Assembly (NCBI GenBank): GCA_951406725.2
Contig: OX597815.1
Coordinates: 68,820,001 to 68,884,000 of the forward strand
Reading direction: 5' to 3'
DNA length: 64,000 bases
DNA from: Octopus vulgaris
Lineage: Eukaryota
The position numbers were made by a program, and so were the translations under genes. Positions 53,075-64,000 of this stretch are shown here, piece by piece; position 1 is the stretch's first letter; the number at the start of each line of letters is the position of its first letter. The notes beneath the pieces are model-generated. The model did not search any database and had not been told where the DNA came from. It was given only the letters and a program-made list of their open reading frames with translations.

Positions 53075-56000
53075 TATTTTATAAAATAATAAATACAATT
53101 TTGGAAGTCCTCAGGAGTTTTTGACAGCTTGTTGCTTAGCTTTGTGGTTTCAACTTATGAAAAAAAGAAAACCAAGAATGAGATAATGTGTGTGTGTGAG
53201 CGAACACAAAGGCGATGCAGGCCTTAATTCTTCATGAAAATTGAATGAAAGATAAATTTTCTCCTGGATAAGACACTAGTCCATTGCATATAACTTTCTT
53301 TTGTTTTTCAATAATCAATTTATCTAACATTTAGTAGAGTAAAAATATGTGTCCAGAACCAACAAAATGCCGGAAACAATTTTGAACTTGTGACCCACTG
53401 TTGAGATAGTATCCACTTAACATCCTGCTTCTACTTCATTATTGAAGCTCTTTGAAATATTCAAGTAGAGTTTGGGTATTTTTTTCTGTTATATCTTGTA
53501 CATCTTTACTGTCTGTGATTGGCTGTTCTGCCTACTTCGTAATAAAGGGTCATTCTGTTTGCACTTAATGTTAATTGTATAGAAAACCAGACACACTCTT
53601 TAATTAAACAGTTGTTTTTCTATAAATTGAATTTACATGTGTGTGTGTGTGCGCATTGACTATATGAAAGCGAATTTGTATTTGCATTTGCAAGTATGTC
53701 TGATATATATGTGTGTGTGTGTGTAGAATTGTGATGAACTGTAACCTCAGACACTACCACAAGAATATGGGGAGTTTTTTACTAATCCAAACAATATTGT
53801 TTGCTTGGTGTACTAACAGAGTTTATAAAGTATTTTGCCCAGAATGGTAATCCTTCACTAATAATTATATATATATCCTCTTCTTCCATCTCCTCATCAT
53901 TTTAACAATTACTTTTTCATGCTCCTATGGGTTTGGTAAAATTTGTTGAAGCTGATATTTCTATGGTTAAATGCTCTTCCTGTCACTGACCTTCAACTTT
54001 TACTAAGTAATCTAACATTTCCTCATGGCCAGACATGTTTTCAGTATTGGGAGTGTACAACTCCACTTGCATGATGATGATGCTTATTTACAAATGTCAC
54101 ATGATGTCAAAACACATAAATACTCTCTCCCATATATATATGTGTGTGTGTGTCTGTGTGTGGGTGGATGGGTGCTTGTTGGATGGGTGGTTGTGTAACT
54201 AATAATAAAAAAAAAATAGAAAAGCAGAAATTTTGCTGATGGTTCATAATTTGTTATGGATGTTTTGACAGATAAATTAAAAACATAATTTATATAATTA
54301 TTTAATTAATACACATAATTAGTTAATTCAAATGTTTTTTTTAATAAAAAACCAATTTAATATAGGAAAATATATACATAGGTGTGTGTGTGCATGTATG
54401 TATGTATGTATGTATGTATGTATGTATGTACATATATATGTATGTGCATATATATGTATGTGTATATATGTATATTTGTGTGTATATGTGTGTGCATTTA
54501 TGTTTGTGCATATATACATGTGTGTGTTTTTTAATTCTTCCCATCACAAGCAGCATACTGAATCTTTGTCATTGAATAAATATACTCTTTCTAAATGTAT
54601 TGAAGAATTTTCTCTTATAAATCCAGACATTCTTTCATTTTTTTTCTTTTGTTCTTTTCGTTTATTCTTTTACTTGTTTCATTCATTTGACTGTGGCCGT
54701 GCTGGAGCACTACCTTGAATGGTTTTAGTCAAATTGACTCCCAGGACTTATTTCTTAAGCTTAATATTTATTCTATCAGTTTCTTTTTTCTGAACTGCTA
54801 GTTTATGGGGGTGTAAACACACCAACACTGGTTGTCAAGCACTGATGGGGAGACAAGCACAGACACAAAGATACACACACACACACACATGATGGGCTTC
54901 TTTCAGTTTCTGTCTATCAAATCCACAAGGCTTTGGTCAGCCTGAGGCTATAGTAGAAGATACTTGCCCCAGGTGCCATGCAGTGGGACTGAACCTGGAA
55001 CCATGTGGTTTATATATAAATCTATCTGTTTTGAAGCTCCAATGAAGCTGTAAGGTAATGGACAAGCACTCAGCTATAAGTTCAGTTCATCTTATAGTAA
55101 AAACAGCTGTAAGGTAATGATGTTCATTAACATAATTTTTTTGTTCTCCTGACATTTACTCTTTTTTACTCTTACTTGTTTCAGTCATTTGACTGTGGCC
55201 ATGCTGGAGCACCGCCTTTAGTCGAGGAAATCGATCCTAGGACTTATTCTTTGTAAGCCTAGTGCTTATTCTATCGGTCTCTTTTTGCCAAGTCGCTAAG
55301 TTACAGGGATGTAAACACACCAGCATTAGTTGTCAAGTGATGTTGGGGGGACAAACACAGACATACAAACATATATATACATATATACGACAGGATTCTT
55401 TCAGTTTCCATCTTCCAAATCCACTCACAAGGCTTTGGTCGGCCCGAAGCTATAGTAGAAGACACTTGCCCAAGGTGCCACTGGTGTGTTTACGTCCCCA
55501 TAACTTTGCGGTTCAGCAAAAGAGACCGATAGAATAAGTGCTAGGCTTATGAAGAATAAGTCCTGTGGTTGATTTGCTCCAGCATGGTCACAGTCAAATG
55601 ACTGAAACAAGTAAAAGAGTAAAAGAGAGCTGTGGCTGCATGGTAAGAAGTGTGTTTCCCAACTGCATGGTCCTTAGTTCAGTCCCATTATGTGGTACCA
55701 AGGACAAGTATCTTCTATAGTCCCTGGCTGACCGAAGCCTTGTGAGTGGATTTGGTAGAAAGCAGAAACTGAAAGCCTATTGTATATGTGTATATGTACG
55801 TATGTATATGTATGTGTCTGTGTTTGTGTTTGTCCCCCACCATTGCTTGACAACTGGTGTTGGTTTGTTTACGTTGCCATTACTTTGCAGTTCACCAAAA
55901 GGAAGACCATATAATAAGTACCAGATTTGACCCCCAAAAAAGGAAATGTACTGGGGGTTGATTTGTTTGACTAAATCCTTCAAGGTGGTACCCTAGCATG

Positions 56001-56188
56001 GCCACAGTTCAATGACTAAAACAAGAATATAAAAGATTTAACAGTGTATGTGTGTGTTTTGTGTGTCTACTTTATGGTTTAACCAGAGATGAAAGAATTT
56101 TTTTATAAACGTTGGCGTATGTATGCTTGTGTGTGTATGTGTGTTTATATGGCTTGAGTATATCTGCATGAGTCACTATTTTTGTGTT

Positions 56189-56239
<51 letters not shown>

Positions 56240-56499
56240 GTGTGTGTGCGTGTGTGTGTGTGTGACTCAATGCTTTGTGTTTGAATAAATGTGTGTTTCT
56301 GTGTGTGTACGTATCTGTATGTGTGTGTAAGTATGTTCTTTTATCTATGGATACTGTAGTTTGTAACAATTTACCTTTTATCTTTTTCATGAAATTTCGT
56401 CTGTGTGTATGTATGTGTGTGAGTATTTTTCTTTAGAAGAGTGGGTGTGTTTTAAATGTAGTTTGAATGTGTGTGTATGTGTGTATATGTGTGTGTGTG

Positions 56500-56536
<37 letters not shown>

Positions 56537-59279
56537 GGGTGTGAGTGTGCTTATATCTGGGTGTTTGTGATTGTATATTATAACTTTCTCTAAACCCAGC
56601 TTTTTGTAAGACATTTTGTGTGTGTGTGTGTGTCAGTTGTCTGTGGTTGAGAATTCTAACCCAAACCACTCTGACCATTTTTAACTCTGAAAGTGAATAG
56701 TTTTTGGTGAAGCAGCATTTTTTGTTGGAAGGCCAGCCATTAATGACTCTAATTAATGGTGCACTACCATTACTTTGAGTAATAACTAACGGTCTCTAAC
56801 TCATTACAAGTTAATTAAATTACCATAAACCACAGTCTTGTCATTTTACCCTCTGCTGTCTGTTGAAATCTCTCTCAGTCTCTTTCTTCAGAATGTTGTC
56901 ATATGACCTTCACCCAATTCTCCCTCCAGAAGGTGAAGTCATATGACTATTAGGTATCTTTTTTTGCCCTTTCAGAGTGTGATACATGTCCTTACAAGTG
57001 TCAGCTGATCTCTCACTCCAGTGTGATAGTGAGAAACACCCAGGTGTCTGTTAATTCCTCACCCTGGAGCAATGTTATTCCAGGGTCACATAACCTTCAG
57101 TTGATCTCGCATTACTGTATGATATCATATTATCTTCAACAATGATGAAAACAAATACGACAAAATAAAACATGCAAATACAACAAAAAAGCCATGTGGC
57201 TGCAATACAGACTGACATGGGGTAACGCAAAGGAAAATGAAAACATTCTGTAGGACTGGAGACTAGAGAAGGACAGATAGAAAGTCAGAATGAAGGAAGA
57301 AGTAAAGTATTAAGAAGTGAATGAGAGAGAAAGAGAATGGGAGAAATGCAAAAGTGAGGCAAGGAATGAGAAAGAGACAGAAATATATATATTAGTTTGA
57401 AATGACAATCTTGTCAGTGTACCCTCTTGCTCCAGAAGGTAGGTATAGGCATGATTGAATGGTTAAGAAGTTCACTTAACATTTACATGGATTCAGGTTC
57501 AATCCTGCTATTTGCACATTGGGCAAGTGTCTGTTATGGACACTAACTGACCAAATCCTTATGAATGGATTTAGTGATGATGGTGGTGGTGGTTGTGGTG
57601 GTTAGTAGTAATAGAGTGTATTTGTGTGTTGTCTTGATTAAGATGCCATGCAGTGATATTGAATGTGGGACCTCATGATTGTTTGGGCATGCATATGCTT
57701 GGGTAGTATACTGATACACATGCACACACACTGCTACAAATGCACATCTGCATATGTATTCACTCATACACCAGGATATGCATGTATATATATATATATA
57801 TATTTAGTTTTTTTTTTTTTATAACCATAATGTGCACACATACTTCCTCTCTCTCTCACACACACACTAACTCACAGGTGTCTAGATGCTACAAATCATC
57901 TATAGATTTATTGAGAAAGCCAACCAGTTCAACAGGACATGAGATGAAAATAAGCAAAACTGCAATTGTCAGCAGTAAAATTGTAATAGTCAAGTTGTTC
58001 TTTATAGACAACATCACAACTACATTATCTTCTCTCTCATTTTCTCTGTTCTTTACAGCATCTAAAGAGGTCTTGTACATTTGTTGTGTGTGTATGTGAC
58101 AAATTATCCCAGTTTTTGAATAAACAAAACCAGATTACATCTTCATCATTATCATCATTTAATGTTTGTTTTTCATTCTGGCATGGGTTGGACAGTTTGA
58201 CTAGAGCTGGTAAGATACTGTACCAGGTTCCATTGTTTGTTCTGGCATGGTTTCTCTGGCTGGATGCCCTTCCTAATACCAACTACTCCACAGTATGTAA
58301 TGTGTGCTTTTTATGTGACAACAGCACCAGTGCTTTTAATGTGGCACCAGCACAAGTATCAATTCTGCTGTGGTGGATAGGTCTTTTCGAGTACAGTGAG
58401 GCGCCAGATGTCTCAGTCCTTTGTCATCTCCTTCACAAGGCTTGGATTACAAGATAATATACTTGTATCATTATAAAATAAACTGAAATAACTTTAGGAT
58501 CTGAATATGGTATTGGTATTGACACTTTTTTTTGCCATACTTCCTTGAAATAAACTTTGTTTCAATTAATTTTGAAAATAATGAAATCTTTAGTAAAATA
58601 ATTCATCATTAGGTTGATGTTTAGAACATAAATTAACAGGAAATTTTGATGGGAAATTTTAATTTAGATCACTTTAGAACAGGAAGTTTGTACTATAGAA
58701 TGGGGGTATGTGTATCTTGGACAGGTTGGTATTAAAAGTATTAAAACATGACCACTACACATCATAAGAAAATAGTTTTGCCTTATAAACTGTTTCTTTT
58801 CTGTCCGATGATGATGAAGTTAAACAGACTTTGATGACAACCCTTTTGATATTAGCCTGTTTGAAATAATTATCATTCTAGATGAGTCACTATAGTTGCC
58901 GTGCCACATCTCTCCATAATGCTGTTAAGAGTGCAGTGAGGAGGTACAGGGGGATGAGTTAGAGGTAGGTAATGTACATGATAGTGCTGTATATAGACTA
59001 AGGACTACCAAGGTTGAGGGTTGGGATGTGAGAGTGGATGTGTCTACTAATCACTGGCAATATGTTTACTTGTCAGGCAGGCAGTTATTACTTATTTAAA
59101 AAAAAAAAAAGAAAATTTTATTGGTCATATAAGTGCATGGTGATCTAATACAATAGATTTTTGCCAGGTGAGTATACACACACACACACCCACGAGTGAG
59201 TAGGCAAATGAAAGAAAAGGCACTCAACACATTTATTGGGAGTTACATGTATTGTTCAAAACAGTTTGCTTCAGATTCC

Positions 59280-59328
59280 ATGCTACTTAAAGTTTCAAAG
59301 CCCCTAATTGGGGCCTTTCATCAGGCCA
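59280..59328 (-). ncRNA. Hammerhead ribozyme motif (type I, minimal stem III, Penelope-like)
   Basis: Minus strand UGGC-CUGAUGA-AAGGCCCC-AAUUA-GGGGCUUU-GAAA-CU-UUA-AG-UA-GC has an intact catalytic core, an 8-bp stem II, a short stem III and a GUA cleavage triplet. Stem I is weak (2 bp). Confidence 0.6.
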
Positions 59329-59361
59329 GTGGAAATCTGAATGAATCATTTGGATTTCTGG

Positions 59362-59410
59362 TGGCCTGATGAAAGGTCTCCGCTTGGGGCTTTGAAACTT
59401 TAAGAGCACA
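59362..59410 (+). ncRNA. Second, degenerate hammerhead motif (mirror copy)
   Basis: UGGC-CUGAUGA-AAGGUCUC-CGCUU-GGGGCUUU-GAAA-CUUUAAG-AGC keeps the core and stem II, but the U of the NUH triplet is missing. Confidence 0.45.
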
Positions 59411-59855
59411 GAATCCAAATCAAACTGTTTTGAACAATATATATATATAGTTGAAATTTATAGAAAAACAAAAGATGAAGACAGGTGTATAAACAACAAA
59501 CAGGTGTATTAGTTTGGTGCTCGGAAGGTGAGAAAGTCTTTTACATTTCGAGCTTACGCTCTTCAACAAAAAGGGACACAAGGATATATATATATATCGT
59601 CTTCATCATCATTTTAATATCTACTTTTCCAAGCTCCCCTAAGTTGGACAAAGTGGACAAAGTTTATTAAAGACAGATTTTCAATAGCCTGATGTCTTTC
59701 CTTGTTACCAAGCATTGGTAATAATTCCCCTTAACCAGACATGTTTTCACAGAGTATTAGAAATGAATGACATTCATTTACAACTATCATGCAATGTCAA
59801 GGCAAGGAAACACAAACCCACATGCATACTCACTCTGTCTCTTTTTTTTTCTCCC

Positions 59856-59887
<32 letters not shown>

Positions 59888-60136
59888 ACACACACACACA
59901 CACACTATTGGGTTTCTTTCAGTTTCCATCTACTAAATCTATGCATGTGTCACACAATGAGACTGAACCTAGAACTCTGTGATCAAGAAGCAAACTTCTT
60001 TACCCCACAACACACTTACACTGTATGTATGTATATATATACACACATACATATGCACATCTGAAGAAAAGAGAGAGACAAGAAAGGAATGCTGAAAGGG
60101 AAAGAAATCACATAATAATAATAATAATAATAATAA

Positions 60137-60673
60137 ACACATAGGAAGAATTTGGAGCATAGAAACAATAAAGGTCGTGCCTATAATTACTGGTGCGTTG
60201 GGAACAGTAAACAAAGATAAAGAAATTATGGCTGAGGGAGATTGAAATAGAATGCCCGGTAGAGCTCCAACAGAAAGTTTGTTTCTTAGGGATAGCAAGG
60301 ATTATCAGCAGTCCTAACTACTTGAAAGACTGCTGAAAACTTGTGGATACCTAAGGTTACAGGTAGTAACCCTCTACCCACATAATTCCTACCAGGAATA
60401 AGACTGAATCTGAGCCAAACCAAAATAGTAAACAAACTTTATTCAAGGACCTTTTGAGCAGGATGTGCTACTTGACCTGAAGAAAATTCTAACTAGGCTC
60501 CACCTGCAAGGTCATGTACTGTTTATCTTGATATGAGATAATCATAGCACACAAGTGATAGTGATGCATTTGGTTAGTGTACACTTATCAGATGGGTAGT
60601 CATGATGGGTATATTGGGCTTCGTATATTTGTATCCCAGTATCACTTTGATGGCATGCACTGCTCTCTCACTC
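60137..60673 (+). mobile_element. 5'-truncated R4/Dong-type (RLE endonuclease) non-LTR retrotransposon 3' end between (TAA)n tracts
   Basis: 60141-60310 translates IGRIWSIETIKVVPIITGALGTVNK../LWLREIEI..VELQQKVCFLGIARII, the C-terminal signature of R4-clade ORFs. (TAA)n lies at 60113-60136 and 60675-60733. 60440-60673 may be 3' UTR or a separate SINE. Confidence 0.7.
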
Positions 60674-60714
<41 letters not shown>

Positions 60715-61164
60715 TAATAATAATAAATAATAATCTTTTCTACTATAAGCGTAAGACCTGAAACATTGTGGGAGGGGTTTAGTGAATTGCATCGACACCA
60801 GTACTTAACTGGTACTTATCTTATTAAACCCGTAAAAGATGAAAGGCTGAAAGTCAACCTTGCCAAAATTTGTACATACATAGTTATAAAATTATCACCC
60901 CTTTTAGGATTTCTTCTTACAGCTTGCAGGGATTATGAAGTACTGAAAGAATGTGCTTTTGAATAAATCGTGAATAAGATCATATGTATACATTTGATGG
61001 GGCCAAAACACCTACAGACGTGCTTCACTTCTTGATGAGACGTTCAACTTCTGCATACAGAAATAGGGTACAGTAATACCCTCAGTTTACAAGTGTGTAA
61101 ATGGGGGGTCTGTTGACACAGAGAAGCACACACAAAAATGCACCCTTTTTGTTTCTCTTTCTTT

Positions 61165-61205
<41 letters not shown>

Positions 61206-61603
61206 ACACACCCACCCACACACGTGCGCTTGCAAAACATCTTGGTTCTTTTCTTTTCATTTGTGAAAAATAAAAAAGAAAGATATGTATTGAATGTAAA
61301 GACTATTGATGTCTTGAGAAAGTTCGTCAAAAGAGTCTTAGTAATTTCACTTAATTGTACAACCTTCTATTGACAATTCTCACAAAATGTACAATTTTCA
61401 CATGACTCCTTGTGTTACACTTCCATTTTTGCTATAGTTTCATTAATGCTTTCAATTAAATGCTATTTCTAATTTATTGTTGCTGTCCTTTTTGTTTGTT
61501 TCATTGATTGTTGCTGTTGTTATTGTTGTTGCTTATGATTAGGGTTGTTGTTAGCATTTCATCTTTTTAAGTGCTGCAGATTGCTGTTACAGTAATCATC
61601 ATC

Positions 61604-61638
<35 letters not shown>

Positions 61639-64000
61639 TTTTCTCCCTGTTACTTTCTCTCTCTGTGTCTCTGTCACTTTGTCTCTCTCTCTCTCTCATT
61701 CTGTTTTCTTCTTCCTCTTTATCCTCTCCTCTTTCTCACTCTCTCTCACTCCCTCTTTCTGTAGTTTTCTTTCTCATTTCACTTCTTTTTTTAAACACCT
61801 TCTCTTGTCAGTCTCAAACTCTTTCTTCTTGACTACTTTTTTGTCTTTCTCAACCCTTAAAAGTTCTCTCTCTCTCTCTCTTTACCTCTCATATTTATTC
61901 TTTTCCCCCTATCTTTCTATCTCTTCCACGAGAGTATGATTCTGTTACTCTTTCTCTCTCATATTTCTTATTAACACACATACACATACTCTTTTATCTT
62001 CTTAGTTCTTCTTCCTCATTTGCTTACACCTCCCATCTCTCACTCTTTCTCTCTTCCTCTTGGTTTACTCTTCTTCCTTTATTTAATCTTTTCCCCCTTC
62101 CTTCCTTGCTTATCTCCATCCTCTTTCTCCATTTCCCATGCTCCTAAGTTAACCTTTCTTTTAATATGATAGATATATTGTCTTTTCCATGTTCTAGAAT
62201 AAAAGTTCCCAGCTCTATACCTATTATTCATTCCCTCTTCATACTACAGAAACACGTGCCTCACATACACATGAATTCATTCCCTTACACATACATAAAT
62301 TTGCATGCACACACACACTTATACACATAACCCTATGCAATCATGAATATACATCAATACTCTCATATATATATAAAAATGCATGTACACCACACATATA
62401 CATACATATAGATGAATTTACATAATTACATGCACACATACATGCAAACAGATGTGTGTACACACATGCATGTACACACACTAACAAATATCTGTCGTCA
62501 TCATTGTCATCTTAATCATCATCATTTAATGTCTGTCTTCTATGCTAGCCTGATTCAACAATCCAGAAAACTGGTTCAACCTTTAATGTCTACTCTGGCA
62601 TGGTTTTTACAGCTGGATGCCCTTCTTAACAGCAACCACTTTATGGAGCATACTGGGATGTTTTTTCATGGCACAAGTACTAGTGAGGTCGCCAAGTAAC
62701 TAACAAACACAAGCTAACAAATATATAAATATATACAGTAATAAAATAAAACGCGAGATCTTGTTCATAAGGTAATTAATTACATGTTCTTACATGTAAT
62801 TCATTAACATAAAGTGATTATTATGTAATCAACCCTTACTGTCAAATCTTCAGAGATTTGAATTTCTATACATGATATTGTTGGAATGAAAAAATTACCA
62901 TCTCGGAGATGGCTCCACCTTTTCATTCCAACAATACCATATTTAAGAAATTACCTTCCCAGGTTACGTTCCCAATTATGTGTCATTTCCAAATTTCTGT
63001 GAAAACATCTGGCCATGGGGAAATCTTACTTTACTTGGTAATAGGTTAGGGTTGGTGACAAGAAGGACATCTGCTTGTTAAGAATCTGCCTTAGCGAATT
63101 TTGTTCAGCTCATTAAGGTATGGAAAAGTGGATAATAAATTGATGATGATGATGACAACGATGATGATGAAATACAATCATCCTCATAATTTAATATTTG
63201 TTTTCATTGCTGGCATTGATTGGGGAGTTTGATAGAATCTGATGTGCTCAAAGATAGCGTGAAGCTTTAATGTCTTCTGTGGCATGCTTTTTATGGTTGG
63301 TTGCCCTTTTTAATGCCAACCACTTCACAATATGAAGGTATCTGGCATAGTGGTTAGGGTGTTGGTCTTACAATCATTATCTGAGTTTGATTCCTGGGCT
63401 GGGTTTGCTTTGTATCCTTGATCAAGTCACTTCATTTCATATCATTCCAGTTCACTCAGCTGAAATGTAACTTCTAGTGGCGTGTTGGGATCAACCCAGC
63501 ATACCATATTGGGCTGGGGAGTGTATAGTCTAAAACCATGAAAATCTGGATTAACTTCAACCAAATAAGCCTGTAGGGTCAAAGAAGACTTTATACACAT
63601 ATACTGTCATAAGCACTTCTCTACATGTAGACAGCCATTCACCTGAACATATACACACACATGCACAAACATTCATACTTATGGAAGGATGTAGGTTCCA
63701 TATTTCAATATGAAAAACTAACGAGCAAAAATATTATTTTTCTTTCAGTATTTCTAACGCAACTAATTCATCATGAATAAGACTAGGGGTGTGTTGAGAG
63801 TAAAAATCACACACACAATGATGTTGATGTGTGCGTGTGTGTATTAACAGAGAGGAGAGGAGAGAAGGAGAAAGAGTGTTGCTGTTAAGAATAAACTATT
63901 CAAAGTTGTTTTTAGAACAGGAAAAAGCATCATTTATTAAGAGAGTTGATGACACACATGTACATATGCACACTCGTACGCACACAGAAATGCAGGCATG

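Noticed and set aside
57870-58090. Possible internal exon after CTCACAG|
   Set aside because: The translation has no recognisable motif, no clear donor site was found, and it is flanked by microsatellites.

Overview
AT-rich, microsatellite-dense eukaryotic DNA. The tRNA-derived SINE set and the (TA)n/(CA)n/(CAT)n load look like an octopus or other coleoid cephalopod genome (inference). Almost all ORFs in the supplied track are microsatellite or SINE translation artefacts. Supported content: (1) a near-intact 2,923-bp hAT (Buster/Charlie/SPIN-like) transposon with 16-bp TIRs, a perfect 8-bp TSD and a transposase broken by one frameshift; (2) one likely initiator coding exon (15603-15743, +) in a CpG-retaining, repeat-poor island, so much of the downstream window may be a large intron; (3) fossils of Helitron, CR1/L2-type LINE, R4/Dong-type LINE, Gypsy, maT (DD37D), mariner, Chapaev-like and piggyBac-like elements; (4) many SINEs from about four families. 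The most unusual signals are fold-back elements carrying back-to-back hammerhead-ribozyme motifs on opposite strands (59250-59439, and a decayed one at 10703-10798), and two different SINE subfamilies inserted at the same site in adjacent copies of a local repeat. All family names come from motif recognition, not database searches.
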